This document shows positions 1-10,419 of a stretch of 64,000 bases of DNA, piece by piece. The stretch spans positions 160,001 through 224,000 of the forward strand of contig JBPOGH010000004.1 of assembly GCA_051252135.1 (NCBI GenBank). Direction: 5' to 3'. Position 1 is the first letter of the stretch. Every line of letters starts with the position of its first letter. The stretch is from Verrucomicrobiaceae bacterium. Lineage in GTDB: Bacteria > Verrucomicrobiota > Verrucomicrobiia > Verrucomicrobiales > Akkermansiaceae. The notes under the pieces are model-generated. The model saw only the letters and a program-made list of their open reading frames with translations. It was not told the origin of the DNA and did not search any database. The position numbers and the translations under genes were made by a program.

Positions 1-292
1 CATCGTAGTCGATAGCTGCGACCTTGGCGGGGACGGTGTGGGAGGCGTCGGCGGATTCAAACTCGAGATAAATGGCATCGGCGGCCATTTGCGCGGTGGT
101 GAGGACGCGATTTCCATCGAGGAGGCAACCAAGGCCCTTGCGTTGGCGGGGCGAGGTTTTTTCCCAGGGTTGGGAAGCGCTGTAGTTCTGGAGGGTGGAG
201 TTGATGCGGACGACGGAGTCAGCGGGATTTGCCTGCAGGTGCAGGGTGGTGGCCAGGATGGTGCAGAGGAGGGCCGTGTTGAAGATGTTCAT
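1..292 (-). CDS. Partial (runs off the window) trypsin-like/HtrA-family paralogue, probably catalytically inactive
   Basis: Manual translation from ATG 292: MNIFNTALLCTILATTLHLQANPADSVVRINSTLQNYSASQPWEKTSPRQRKGLGCLLDGNRVLTTAQMAADAIYLEFE. It aligns with the N-terminus of the upstream protease (DSVVRIE...PW...GTGFLIGPNRFLTNAHVV), with Gln at the His position. Confidence 0.75.
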   Translation of the reverse strand, partial: MNIFNTALLCTILATTLHLQANPADSVVRINSTLQNYSASQPWEKTSPRQRKGLGCLLDGNRVLTTAQMAADAIYLEFESADASHTVPAKVAAIDYD

Positions 293-312
293 GGGTCGGA
301 AAGGGGAAGGGG

Positions 313-1785
313 TTAGTTGAGGTGGGCTTCTTTGCTGATGCCTACTTGTTTCATGATGCGCGGGTGGGCATCGGCAGCGGCCTTTGAGGGGAGGATGAGG
401 GGGCGTGCTCCGCCGACGAAGCTGATGACGTGGAATTCGGGCGGATTGGGTGCGCGCAGGAGCTCATGGAGTTGGGTGAGGCTGGTGATCTTGGTGTCAT
501 TTACGGTATCGACGACCATGCCGGAGAAGCCTGCCATGTGGCTGGTGAGTTGATCGCTTTCGACGCGGGTGAGAACGACGAGGTCCTGGCGGTCTTTGAA
601 GCCGCCCTCGGAGACGTAGTCATCATAGAGTTGGCGGAGTTTGCGGTTATCGAACTTGTAGGTGACGAAGAGGTTGAAATCGAGGGGTTGGAAGACGAGT
701 CCGGCGTAGACGGTGAACCGGGGTTGCTCGCCGTATTTCATGGCGTACATGCGGGAGGCCTCGAAGGGCTTGAGTTTGACTTTGGCTTCCATCTTTTCGC
801 CGTCGCGGAGGAAGGTGAAGGAGACTTCATCGTCGGCGAACTTGCGCTCGACGACCTCGTTCATATCGAGGAATTCTCCGCCGACGCGGATGTTTCCGGC
901 GCTGTCGATGGCGTGGCCGTCGATGGTGAGGAGGATGTCGTTTTGGTGGAGGATTCCTTCGCACTGGGTGCCGGGGATGACGCGGACGATGAGGACGCCC
1001 TTGCCATCGGCGGGGAGGTTGAAGGCCTTGCGCATGGCGGGGTTAAAAAGGGGGAAGGTTGAGATGCCGATATCGACGTAGTGGTCGTATTTTCCGTCCT
1101 CGATGTCCTTGAGGAAGCGGCTGACGACGGGCATGGGGATGATGTAACCGGTGTTGTCGGCCTGGGTGAGGCCCTGGAAGGCGACGCCGACGACTTTTCC
1201 GTCCTGGATGACGGGGCCTCCGGAGTTACCGGGGTTGATGGCGGCATCGATTTGAATGACGAGGTGGGAATCGGCCCGGGAGTGGGAGTAGGGGCGGAAG
1301 TCGATGCGGGAGACGACGCCGCGGGTGACCGAGAGGCGATCGCCGCCGACGGGGTAGCCGATGGCGCTGACTTCTGATTCAAGTCGGGGCATGCCGCCAA
1401 AGGTGAGGGTGGGGAGGTTGAGGAAGGGGGTGAAGTTTTCGACTTCGAGGAGGGCGAGGTCGCAGTCGTGCGCGATGTGGAGAACGCGTGCGGGGTGTTT
1501 TTGTGAGGATCCGCGTTGGGTGATGAGGACGCGCCGGGCATCGGAGACGACGTGGGCGTTGGTGAGAAAGCGGTTGGGGCCGATGAGGAACCCGGTGCCG
1601 ATCCCGCCGGAGAAGCGTCCGGAGTTCCAGGGTGTGGAGTAGTCTGGAGTTTGGGTGGCGACCTCGATCCGGACGACGGAATCGTAGAGAGTGGGCGGGG
1701 TGGCGACGGGGGCGGAATCAAGGAGCTGGGCGGGTGCCAGAGAGGACAGGGAAAGGGCCAAGGTGAGGCAGGAGAGCAAGCGCAT
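313..1785 (-). CDS. HtrA/Deg-like serine protease with PDZ domain(s)
   Basis: LTNAHVV, HDCDLALL and DAAINPGNSGGP triad motifs; signal peptide MRLLSCL; start moved to ATG 1785. Confidence 0.92.
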   Translation of the reverse strand: MRLLSCLTLALSLSSLAPAQLLDSAPVATPPTLYDSVVRIEVATQTPDYSTPWNSGRFSGGIGTGFLIGPNRFLTNAHVVSDARRVLITQRGSSQKHPARVLHIAHDCDLALLEVENFTPFLNLPTLTFGGMPRLESEVSAIGYPVGGDRLSVTRGVVSRIDFRPYSHSRADSHLVIQIDAAINPGNSGGPVIQDGKVVGVAFQGLTQADNTGYIIPMPVVSRFLKDIEDGKYDHYVDIGISTFPLFNPAMRKAFNLPADGKGVLIVRVIPGTQCEGILHQNDILLTIDGHAIDSAGNIRVGGEFLDMNEVVERKFADDEVSFTFLRDGEKMEAKVKLKPFEASRMYAMKYGEQPRFTVYAGLVFQPLDFNLFVTYKFDNRKLRQLYDDYVSEGGFKDRQDLVVLTRVESDQLTSHMAGFSGMVVDTVNDTKITSLTQLHELLRAPNPPEFHVISFVGGARPLILPSKAAADAHPRIMKQVGISKEAHLN

Positions 1786-2022
1786 CGGGAGGAAAACTAA
1801 GTCCGCTTTTTTCATTGGAAAGGAGGAAATCGGACGGATTGGGATTAGTTTGGATACTTAAAAGATACTGATTATCAATAGGTTGGGAAATTCTTTGTAT
1901 CTGTTGTGAAAAAGGGGGGAGGGGTGATTTCGACCTTGGTGAGAGGAGTGAAGGCGGATATAGCCTTTGCACAGCTCTGATAATCAGGTTGTCCCCCAGT
2001 TTTCCCATTACCAACCCAGACT

Positions 2023-2505
2023 ATGAATAAGGTCCGTATTTCCCGTGGCCGATTTTTTGCCTCCGCTTTCCTTTATTTTGTGAGGGCAGCCCTGATCCTT
2101 GCGTTTGTGGGATCCGTGGTATGGGTGGCGACAGATTTTGAGAATGAGGTTGCGGTCTACGTGGTGGCCTCCCTTTTTGGGGGAGGGATACTGGTCGGCT
2201 TGATCTACTATTTCTGTTCTTCGAGCGCGCGTTGTCCGATGTGCGGAGCGGGAGCGTTCGGCGGGTCTTCCTGCTCACGGCATGGAAATGCCCGGAGATT
2301 ATTGGGGAGCTATAATTTGCGAACGGCTACGCGAATTCTGGTGTTATGCCCGCGGGTCAATTGCCAGTATTGCGGGGGGAGCTACCGCTTCCGCGGAGAA
2401 TCGCGATCGGGCGAGCAAGAGCGTTGGGATCTTCCCGCGATCGGGAAGAATACGCCGCAGAAGGGATTCCCGCAAAGCGGGAGCCGGAGGCGGAAGATTG
2501 ATTAG
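2023..2505 (+). CDS. Hypothetical membrane protein with Zn-ribbon-like motifs
   Basis: Two TM segments, then CPMC and CQYC. Confidence 0.65.
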   Translation: MNKVRISRGRFFASAFLYFVRAALILAFVGSVVWVATDFENEVAVYVVASLFGGGILVGLIYYFCSSSARCPMCGAGAFGGSSCSRHGNARRLLGSYNLRTATRILVLCPRVNCQYCGGSYRFRGESRSGEQERWDLPAIGKNTPQKGFPQSGSRRRKID

Positions 2506-3617
2506 ACGTTGAAGCGGAATTCGATGACGTCGCCATCTTTGACGACGTATTCTTTTCCTTCGATGCGGAGCTTGCCGGCTTCGCGGCCTGCGGCTTTTCC
2601 GCCGAGGGCGACGAAGTCATCGTAGTGGATGACTTCGGCAGCGATGAAGCCGCGCTCGAAGTCTCCGTGGATGACTCCGGCGGCGGCGGGGGCCTTGTCG
2701 CCCTCCGTGATGGTCCAGGCGCGGGTTTCCTGAACGCCGGTGGTGATGTAGGTGCGGAGGCCGAGGAGGTGGTAGACGCCCTTGATGAGGTCCGAGACTC
2801 CGGAGTCGGTCACGCCCATGTCGGCGAGAAATTCGGCGGTGTCCTCTGGGGAGAGGTCGACGAGTTCTTCTTCGATCTGGGCGGAGATGACGATGATCTC
2901 GGCGCCATGTGATTCGGCGGCGTATTTTTTGACCTGTGAGACGAGGGGGTGGGATTCGGGGTCGGCAACGGCGGCGGCGAGTTCCGATTCGTTGACGTTG
3001 CAGGCGAAGATGGTCTTTTTGGAAGAGAGGAGGAAGAATTCCTTGAGGAGCTTGCGCTCGTCCGCGGAGAGATCGGCGGTGAGGGCGGGCTTTCCGGCAT
3101 CGAGGTGGGGGAGGAGCTTGGTGATGAGGGCGACCTCGGCGGCGGATTCCTTGTCACCGGACTTGGCTTTCTTTTCGCGGGACTGCTTGCGCTTTTCGAG
3201 GGCGGTGATGTCGGCGAGGATGAGCTCGGAGTTGATGATGTCGATATCACGGGTGGGGTCGACGGTTCCGAGTTCGTGAATGATGTCGTCGTTTTCAAAA
3301 CAGCGGACGACCTGGACGATGGCATCGACCTCGCGGATGTTGGCGAGGAACTTGTTACCGAGGCCGGCGCCTTCGGAGGCGCCTTCGACGAGGCCGGCGA
3401 TGTCGACGAACTCGATGGCGGTGGGGATGACCTTGGTGGACTTGGACATTTCCGAGAGCTTGTTGAGTCGCTCATCGGGCACGGTGACGACGCCTACGTT
3501 GGGGTCGATGGTGCAGAAAGGGTAGTTGGCGGCCTCCGCATTGCGGGTGCGGGTGAGGGCATTGAAAAGGGTGGACTTTCCAACATTGGGCATTCCGACG
3601 ATTCCGGCTTGAAGCAT
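2502..3617 (-). CDS. ychF: Redox-regulated ATPase YchF
   Basis: [36 protein letters not shown]-terminal [19 protein letters not shown]; start MLQAG at 3617. Confidence 0.97.
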   Translation of the reverse strand: MLQAGIVGMPNVGKSTLFNALTRTRNAEAANYPFCTIDPNVGVVTVPDERLNKLSEMSKSTKVIPTAIEFVDIAGLVEGASEGAGLGNKFLANIREVDAIVQVVRCFENDDIIHELGTVDPTRDIDIINSELILADITALEKRKQSREKKAKSGDKESAAEVALITKLLPHLDAGKPALTADLSADERKLLKEFFLLSSKKTIFACNVNESELAAAVADPESHPLVSQVKKYAAESHGAEIIVISAQIEEELVDLSPEDTAEFLADMGVTDSGVSDLIKGVYHLLGLRTYITTGVQETRAWTITEGDKAPAAAGVIHGDFERGFIAAEVIHYDDFVALGGKAAGREAGKLRIEGKEYVVKDGDVIEFRFNV

Positions 3618-3681
3618 GATGCCGGGGGAAGTAGCGCAGGAACGGGCGGCTGGAAACCCCGAAGTGCGGGGAAGTGTGGAA

Positions 3682-4113
3682 TTAATCCGTTTTGTCGGGG
3701 GCGGGGGCGGTTGATTTTTCGCCGCCGAGGCCTTCCAGGCCGCCGGAAATGTCGAGTCCCGAGCTTTCTCCGGGGTTGAGGGGAGGGAGGAGGCCGAAGG
3801 AGGGCATGCCGGCTCCGGTGGGGAGGTCGCCGGGGTTAAAGTCCTTGGGAGCGAAGAAGGCGCCATTGGTTCCGCCAGCGGAGTAGCTTTTGTTTTTGAG
3901 GGCGCGGTTCCAGGCGAGGTATTTTTCCTGGCCGGTCTTCATTTCCTTAAGGGAGCCTTTTTTGACTTCGACGATGGGGACTTTGCTGCCGCGGAGGTCG
4001 GCGAGCTTGAAGTTCCGGAGGTCGTTCTTATTGAGGCCGGAGACGGAGGGCACGGAGCCGCAGGATGCCAGGAGGCAGAAGGCGAGGGAAAGGAGAATGA
4101 AGGGGGTTTTCAT
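3682..4113 (-). CDS. Hypothetical lipoprotein
   Basis: Lipobox LLASC after a hydrophobic leader. Confidence 0.75.
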   Translation of the reverse strand: MKTPFILLSLAFCLLASCGSVPSVSGLNKNDLRNFKLADLRGSKVPIVEVKKGSLKEMKTGQEKYLAWNRALKNKSYSAGGTNGAFFAPKDFNPGDLPTGAGMPSFGLLPPLNPGESSGLDISGGLEGLGGEKSTAPAPDKTD

Positions 4114-4257
4114 TGGTTAGGCAATTAGCGGAGGAAAATTTCCTCCATTAACTAGACACGGATATGACTGGATTCGTTCAAAGCTCAATCCCATTTTTTG
4201 TGAGATTTAGTCAGGATTTCCTAGACAAACGGGCGGAATGCCTTTGGGTCAAAGGGA

Positions 4258-4980
4258 ATGAGCGACTTGTATGAGGCGGACGGTGTGGTGGATGAGTATC
4301 TTCTATTTCATTACGGGAGTGCGGAGGAGATTCTGCCGTGGGCGGGGGGGCCACGGGAGGCGTTGGATTTTCCGGTGCGCACGGTGCGGCATTTTTCGAG
4401 CGGGCCGGTGGAGAGGTCACTGGATGTGGGATGTGCGGTGGGGCGGTCGTCCTTTGAGCTGAGTCAGTCGTCGCGGGAGGTGGTGGGGATTGATTTTTCC
4501 AAGGCGTTCATCGGGTGTGCGGAGAAATTGGCGGCGGGGGAGCCGGTGGGGTATTCGCGGCTGGAGGAGGCGGGGGTGCGGACGGCGCTGGAGGCGGGGT
4601 TGCCGGCCGGGAGTCGTGCGGAGCGGGTGAGCTTTGAGGTGGGGGATGCGATGAATTTGCGGGGTGATTTGGGGAGTTTTGATCGGGTGCATGCGGCGAA
4701 TCTGGTGTGCCGGTTGCCGGAGCCACGTCGTTTTTTGAGGAGGCTGCCGGACTTGGTGAGGTCGGGCGGGGAGTTGGTGCTGGCGACGCCGTGCACGTGG
4801 CTGGAGGAATTTACGGCGAAGGAGAATTGGCCGGTGGGGCGGACGCGGGATTGGCTGGAGGCGGAACTGGGGGGAGAGTTTGAGTTGGCGGGGGAGGCCG
4901 ATGAGGCGTTTTTGATCCGGGAGACGGCGCGGAAGTTCCAGTGGACGGTCTCGATGGTGACGAAGTGGGTCCGGAGGTGA
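4258..4980 (+). CDS. Class I SAM methyltransferase resembling the OvoA C-terminal (mercaptohistidine N-methyltransferase) domain
   Basis: YLLFHYG, LDVGCAVGRSSFEL, GIDFS, ANLVCRLP, WLEEFT.KENW, IRETARKFQ. Confidence 0.8.
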   Translation: MSDLYEADGVVDEYLLFHYGSAEEILPWAGGPREALDFPVRTVRHFSSGPVERSLDVGCAVGRSSFELSQSSREVVGIDFSKAFIGCAEKLAAGEPVGYSRLEEAGVRTALEAGLPAGSRAERVSFEVGDAMNLRGDLGSFDRVHAANLVCRLPEPRRFLRRLPDLVRSGGELVLATPCTWLEEFTAKENWPVGRTRDWLEAELGGEFELAGEADEAFLIRETARKFQWTVSMVTKWVRR

Positions 4981-5020
4981 AAACTTGTGTAACCCTCCGC
5001 GATGGGAGAACATTTCATCA

Positions 5021-6478
5021 ATGATGGAAGAGAAACCGCGTCTCTCGTTTTGGCAGAATTGGAATATGAGCTTCGGGTTTCTCGGAGTGCAGATCGGCTT
5101 TATGCTGCAGTTGGTGTTTATGAGCACCTTGTTTACGAAGCTGGGAGCTTCGCCGAGTGAGATTCCGATTCTTTGGTTGGCGGCACCGCTGACGGGATTG
5201 TTGGTGCAGCCGATCATCGGGTCGATGAGTGACCGGACGTGGAATCGGTTGGGACGGAGGCGTCCGTATTTTTTGTTTGGGGCGATTGCTTCGGCGGTGG
5301 TGTTGTTTTTTATTCCTGATTCGCCGGTGATCTGGTGTGCGGTGCTGGGGCTGTGGATGATGGACACGAGCTTTAACGTGGCGATGGAGCCCTTTCGGGC
5401 GTTTGTGGGGGATAAGCTTCCGGCATCCCAGCGGACGTTGGGTTTTGTGACGCAGAGTTTCTTTATCGGGCTTGGCGGATATATTGGTGGGGCGTTGCCG
5501 GGGTGGCTGACGAAGTTGGGGGTGAGCGGCAATGCTCCCAATGGATTGGGGTTGGATGTTTATTGGGCGTTCAAGATTGGGGCATTGGGGTTGTTGGTGG
5601 CGATTCTGTGGACGGTGTTTACGACGAGGGAGGATCCTCCGGAGGATATGGAGGAGTTTTTGAGGGAGAAGGAGAACAGCGGGCCTTTGTTTGATATTGT
5701 GCCGCGCTGGCTGATCATTGGATTTGTTTCGGGGGCGATTCTGGGTTTTCTGCGGAGTTGGTTGGTGGATTCCAATCCTTCGGTGTTGCACTCAGCGGTC
5801 GGAGGATTGATTGGAACGGCGATCGCTTTGGTGATGTCCAAGGCGGAAGTGGCGGCGGCCTTGCGGGAGATGCCGAAGACGATGAAGCAGCTTGCGGTGG
5901 TGCAGTTTTTTACGTGGCTGGGGTTGTTCTGCATGTGGATGATGTTTGGTCTGGCGACGGCGCAGCAGGTTTTTGGAACGAATGATTCGAGCAGTGCGGC
6001 CTTTGACGAGGGGACGACCTTTGGAGGGAGCACGTTGGGGCTTTACAGCATTGTGTGTTTCCTGGTGGCGTTCCTGATTCCGATGGTGGCGGCGAAGATC
6101 GGGCGGCGGAAGATGCATGCGCTGGCCTTGATCCTGGGTGGGGGGAGTTTGCTGGCGACGGGATTTATTACGGATAAAATGACGTGGAAGCTGATGATGA
6201 TTGGGGTGGGGATTGCCTGGGCGTCGATTCTCTCGATGCCCTATGCGATGCTGTCGACCTCGATTCCGGCGAAGCGGATGGGGGTTTACATGGGGATCTT
6301 TAACTTCTTCATTGTGATTCCCGAGATACTGGCGGCGGTGGCGCTGGAGCCGATTGTGCACCATGTCTTCGGGGACGACCCGGTGAAGGTGGTTCAGTTG
6401 GGAGGGGCATCGATGGCGGTGGCGGCGTTGTGTTGTTTCTTTGTGGGGAAAGAGGCGGAAAGTGACGAATCGGTGTAG
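5021..6478 (+). CDS. MFS sugar (maltose/sucrose-type) transporter
   Basis: WNMSFGFLGVQIGF, SDRTWNRLGRRRPY, MGVYMGIFNFFIVIP; many TMs; adjacent to a GH13. Confidence 0.9.
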   Translation: MMEEKPRLSFWQNWNMSFGFLGVQIGFMLQLVFMSTLFTKLGASPSEIPILWLAAPLTGLLVQPIIGSMSDRTWNRLGRRRPYFLFGAIASAVVLFFIPDSPVIWCAVLGLWMMDTSFNVAMEPFRAFVGDKLPASQRTLGFVTQSFFIGLGGYIGGALPGWLTKLGVSGNAPNGLGLDVYWAFKIGALGLLVAILWTVFTTREDPPEDMEEFLREKENSGPLFDIVPRWLIIGFVSGAILGFLRSWLVDSNPSVLHSAVGGLIGTAIALVMSKAEVAAALREMPKTMKQLAVVQFFTWLGLFCMWMMFGLATAQQVFGTNDSSSAAFDEGTTFGGSTLGLYSIVCFLVAFLIPMVAAKIGRRKMHALALILGGGSLLATGFITDKMTWKLMMIGVGIAWASILSMPYAMLSTSIPAKRMGVYMGIFNFFIVIPEILAAVALEPIVHHVFGDDPVKVVQLGGASMAVAALCCFFVGKEAESDESV

Positions 6479-6482
6479 ATTT

Positions 6483-8285
6483 ATGACAATGATCTGGAGT
6501 CGATGGTTCAAGAACTGCTTAGTGGCGGCGATGAGTATTTCTGCGAGTCAGGCCGAACGAGTGAGCATTTATCAGGTGATGCCGCGGCATTTCGGGAATG
6601 AGAATGAGACGCGGAAGTTCGATGGGACGATGGCGGAGAACGGGTGCGGGAAGTTTTCGGCTTTTAATGAAAAGGCCCTGGGAGAGATCAAGGGGATGGG
6701 GTTTACCCATGTGTGGTTTACGGGGGTGCTGGAGCAGGCGAGCGGGACGGATTATCCGGGGCGGCCGGCTGATGTGAGTGATTTGCTGAAGGGGAAGGCG
6801 GGGAGTCCGTATGCGATCCGGGATTATTTTGATGTGTGTCCGGATTACGCGGATGATCCAACGAAGCGGCTGGATGAATTTCAGGAGCTGCTGAAGCGAT
6901 GCAAGGCGGCGGGGCTGAAGGCGATGATCGACTTTGTGCCAAACCATGTGGCGCGGAGTTATCACTCGGATGTGATGCCGGAGTTGTCCTTTGGGGAGGG
7001 GGATCTGAAGACGGAGTTTTTCCGGAAGGATAACAATTTTTTCTATCTTCAAGGGGAAGGTCCGTTGGTGATGCCATCGGGGAAGGTCTATGAGCCGGAG
7101 CGGGAGTATGGGCGGGTGACGGGGAATAATTCGGCGAACTGGAAGCCTTCGATCCACGATTGGTATGAGACGGTGAAGCTGAATTACGGGCATGATTACA
7201 CGAAGGGGCGGGATACAGCGCACCTGCGGAATCTATCGGATACCGATGTGCCGGATACGTGGAAGAAGATGGATGCGATTTTGGCGCATTGGCAGCGGAT
7301 GGGGGTGGATGGTTTCCGGGTGGATATGGCGCATATGGTGCCGATGGAATTTTGGCAGTGGTCGCTGGCGAAGGCGCGCCAGCGTGATGCGGGGGTGTTT
7401 TTTGCGGCGGAGGCTTATGATACGGATCCGGCGAAGCTGACGGATGGGAACGTGTTGGATGATTTGTTGGATTCGGGGTTTGACGCGGTTTATGATGACC
7501 AGTCCTACGATTTGTTGATGGAGATTTATGACGGGGGAAAGTGGGCGAATGATCTGGATGCGCTGCTTCATGGCGGGCGTTTGCATCAGTCGCTGCGGTA
7601 TGCGGAGAACCACGACGAGGTGCGTCTGGCGAGTCCGAAGACCTGGGGTGGGCTGGGGATGGAGGTGGGGCGTCCGGTGACGGGTCTTCTTTTTGGCCTG
7701 GGCCGGGGTGCGCAGATGATTTATTCGGGACAGGAGACTGGAGAGCCGGCGGCGGGTCCGGAAGGGTTTGGGGGGGATGATGCGCGGACGACGATTTTTG
7801 ATTACTGGAGTCTGCCGACCTTGAACCAGTGGACGAATGGGGGGAAGTTTGATGGGGGTGGATTGAGTGCGGAGCAGAAGGAGCTGCGGGCCTGGTATGC
7901 GGAGTTGCTGAAGGTGACGGCGGGACCGGCGTTTACGGAGGGTGAGTTTTACGGACTCAACCACGCGAACCAAGGGAATGAGGAATTCGGCCGGGTGGAC
8001 GGGGAGACGGCGAGCGGGCATTGGGTGTATGCGTTTTTGCGCAGCGAGCAGAAGAAGGAGGGGGAGACGGTGCTGGTGGTGGTGAATCTGCATCCGCAAC
8101 AATCTTTTGACCGGCTGGTGGTGCAGGTTCCCGACGATGCCTTGGGCTGGGCGGAGCTGGAGGGGGCGCCGAAGTTGAAGCAGGTGTTTGGGTCCGGAGA
8201 GGTTTCCGGAGCGTTGGAGGGGGGACGGGCGGTTTTGACGGCGGTGCCTGCGCTGAGTGTGCAGATGATCAAGCTTTCGCGATAG
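6483..8285 (+). CDS. Secreted alpha-amylase family (GH13) glycoside hydrolase
   Basis: IDFVPNH, GVDGFRVDMAH, AEAY and ENHDE conserved regions. Confidence 0.92.
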   Translation: MTMIWSRWFKNCLVAAMSISASQAERVSIYQVMPRHFGNENETRKFDGTMAENGCGKFSAFNEKALGEIKGMGFTHVWFTGVLEQASGTDYPGRPADVSDLLKGKAGSPYAIRDYFDVCPDYADDPTKRLDEFQELLKRCKAAGLKAMIDFVPNHVARSYHSDVMPELSFGEGDLKTEFFRKDNNFFYLQGEGPLVMPSGKVYEPEREYGRVTGNNSANWKPSIHDWYETVKLNYGHDYTKGRDTAHLRNLSDTDVPDTWKKMDAILAHWQRMGVDGFRVDMAHMVPMEFWQWSLAKARQRDAGVFFAAEAYDTDPAKLTDGNVLDDLLDSGFDAVYDDQSYDLLMEIYDGGKWANDLDALLHGGRLHQSLRYAENHDEVRLASPKTWGGLGMEVGRPVTGLLFGLGRGAQMIYSGQETGEPAAGPEGFGGDDARTTIFDYWSLPTLNQWTNGGKFDGGGLSAEQKELRAWYAELLKVTAGPAFTEGEFYGLNHANQGNEEFGRVDGETASGHWVYAFLRSEQKKEGETVLVVVNLHPQQSFDRLVVQVPDDALGWAELEGAPKLKQVFGSGEVSGALEGGRAVLTAVPALSVQMIKLSR

Positions 8286-8432
8286 GGCGGAGGGGCGGGT
8301 TTTTAGAAATTAGGGGAGTTTTGCCTTTTTATTAAAAGTTGTTTACATTTTGCAAAAATTAACTAAATTATCAAACGTTCTTCAGAATGGAGCCACTTGG
8401 CTGACCCCTCCCAACTGAACCTTTGATTTGAA

Positions 8433-9107
8433 ATGAAGTTCAATCCGATCTTTGCCCTTTTGCTGATGTCACCGGTTGCGCAAGCCCAGTTGGACTCCGG
8501 CGGGGGAAGTGGGTCCAATCTTGTGGGAAATGGGGATTTTGAGATCAATTCATATGATTACACGAAGGGGAGTGAGGTGATCACCGAGCAGGATGACGCC
8601 TTTGGGTTTGAGAGGGTTGATGCGACCGCGGGAGCGACCGATTGGTTTATGAACAGCGGGGTTTATCGTTATACGAGCGATGGGGATCCCAATTCGGCGG
8701 GAGCGATGGGGGCGGGGAGCGGTTCGATTTTTCAGCAGTTCAGTTTTGATTCGGCGGGAGATTATTCGCTGGATTTTGAGACTTTCATGGATGTGCCCGA
8801 AGGGTTGGGTGATCCGACGGCGATCGGGCTCTCGGTGGTGCTGGGAACGACGGGAGTGGGGGCGAGCAATCTGATTTCTGATACCTTTACGGAGAGTTAT
8901 GACGGGCAGACGTCATCGAGGTCCTATTCCTTCAGTGTGGCGGAAGGGCAGGTGGGTGAGACCTATCGGCTGACCTTCTCCCGGACGGGGACCGAGAAGG
9001 CGCTGGCTTATGTGGATAATGTGAGTGTGGCAGCGGTGCCCGAGCCGGGATCCGCGATGCTGGTGACGCTTGCGGGGCTCGTTGTGCTGCGTCGTCGGCG
9101 TGCGTAG
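8433..9107 (+). CDS. PEP-CTERM sorting-domain protein
   Basis: Signal peptide; C-terminal VPEPGS-TM-RRRRA. Confidence 0.92.
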   Translation: MKFNPIFALLLMSPVAQAQLDSGGGSGSNLVGNGDFEINSYDYTKGSEVITEQDDAFGFERVDATAGATDWFMNSGVYRYTSDGDPNSAGAMGAGSGSIFQQFSFDSAGDYSLDFETFMDVPEGLGDPTAIGLSVVLGTTGVGASNLISDTFTESYDGQTSSRSYSFSVAEGQVGETYRLTFSRTGTEKALAYVDNVSVAAVPEPGSAMLVTLAGLVVLRRRRA

Positions 9108-9202
9108 GGGGGCGCCTTTTTAAAATCACGGCGGGACGGATCCTGCGTTTTTTTTGTGTCGCGAACGACGGGGGGAGGGAATTTGAAGCCCGGGAGCTTT
9201 GG

Positions 9203-9874
9203 CTAGGCTTTTGGGGCGGGGGGGAGGAGGAGGACGATTTCGCCTTTGGGTTTGTGGGTGGAGAAGTGGGCGAAGAGGTCGGAGGCGGTGCCGTGGTGGA
9301 GGGTCTCGAATTTTTTGGTGAGTTCGCGGGCGATGCAGAGGGAGGTGTCGGGGGCGAGGTCCTTGAGGATTTCGAGGGTGGAGGGGAGTCGGTGCGGGGA
9401 CTCGAAAAAGAGGGTGGTCTCGGGGGAGTCGAGGGCGGCCTGGAGTTGTTTGCCGCGTTTGCCTTTTTTGACGTGGAGGAAGCCGTGGAAGGAGAAGGGG
9501 TGCGGGGGGAAGCCGGAGGCGACGAGGGCGGTGGTGATGGCGGAGGGGCCGGGGAGGACGGTGAAGGGGATGTCGGCATCCCGGGCGGCTTTGATGAGGC
9601 GGTGGCCGGGGTCGGAGAGGCAGGGGGTGCCGGCATCCGAGATGATGGCGATTTTTAGGCCGGAGGCGGCTTTTTCGAGGAGTTCGGGGATGCGCCGGTC
9701 CTCGTTGTGATCGTGGAGGGCGGTGAGGGGTTTTGAGATTTCGAGGTGGTTGAGGAGCCGGAGTGAGTGGCGGGTGTCCTCGCACGCGATGAGGTCGGCC
9801 TCGCGGAGGGTTTCGATGGCGCGGAGGGTGATGTCCCCGAGGTTTCCGATGGGGGTGGGGACGAAGGTGAGCAT
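9203..9874 (-). CDS. rsmI: 16S rRNA (C1402-2'-O) methyltransferase RsmI
   Basis: PTPIGNLGDITLRA, CEDTR, SDAGTPCLSDPG, FESPHR, ARELTKKFE. Confidence 0.96.
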   Translation of the reverse strand: MLTFVPTPIGNLGDITLRAIETLREADLIACEDTRHSLRLLNHLEISKPLTALHDHNEDRRIPELLEKAASGLKIAIISDAGTPCLSDPGHRLIKAARDADIPFTVLPGPSAITTALVASGFPPHPFSFHGFLHVKKGKRGKQLQAALDSPETTLFFESPHRLPSTLEILKDLAPDTSLCIARELTKKFETLHHGTASDLFAHFSTHKPKGEIVLLLPPAPKA

Positions 9875-9900
9875 TCTTTTAAAATCCTGAATTGCGCCGG

Positions 9901-10404
9901 CTAGAAGCCGTCGGCGAGGCGGGCGACAATCTTACGGGCGCCGCGTTGGAGGGCGTCGGGGAGGGCGTTGGCGCGGGCGGTCTGGAGGTTGTCGTCGACG
10001 AAGAAGCGGGAGCGGGAGACGCTTTGTCCTTCTTCGAGGGGGGCGCCGGGTTTGGCGGGGTCGATGAGGGTCCAGGCGAGGGTGATTTCCATTTCGAGTT
10101 CTTCGGATTTGAGGGTGTCGAAGAAGGAGGATCGGACCTGGCGGTATTGAATTTTGCGGAGGGCGAGGTGGAGGGTGGCGTCGGAGCGGGAGTCGGTGCC
10201 GATGCGGTAGGTGCCATCGCGGACGAGTTGGTCGACGACGGAGTTGGTGGCGAGTGCTTCGGCGCGGGGGAAGAGGGTATGGTTCTTTGCGAGGGGGACG
10301 TAGATGCGGTGGACGTCGGTGAGGTGTGGCGGTTTTTGGCCGCCGAGTTGGTAGCCCGTGCAGGAAGTGAGGGCGAGGAGGCAAAGAAGGAGGAGAGATT
10401 TCAT
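9901..10404 (-). CDS. lptE: LPS assembly lipoprotein LptE-like
   Basis: Lipobox LTSC-GY.LG; size and position downstream of bamD. Confidence 0.75.
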   Translation of the reverse strand: MKSLLLLCLLALTSCTGYQLGGQKPPHLTDVHRIYVPLAKNHTLFPRAEALATNSVVDQLVRDGTYRIGTDSRSDATLHLALRKIQYRQVRSSFFDTLKSEELEMEITLAWTLIDPAKPGAPLEEGQSVSRSRFFVDDNLQTARANALPDALQRGARKIVARLADGF

Positions 10405-10419
10405 ACCCGGTGATTTGTT

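Noticed and set aside
1866..1992. CTGATTATCA / CTGATAATCA motifs as an operator
   Set aside because: Only two short copies; one fits an IHF-like consensus, which is too weak to call
2502..3866. N-terminal extensions on ychF (and on gluQ, SirB1, HAD, the cytochrome and the response regulator in the ORF track)
   Set aside because: The extensions overlap neighbouring genes or tRNAs; family homology begins at downstream Met codons
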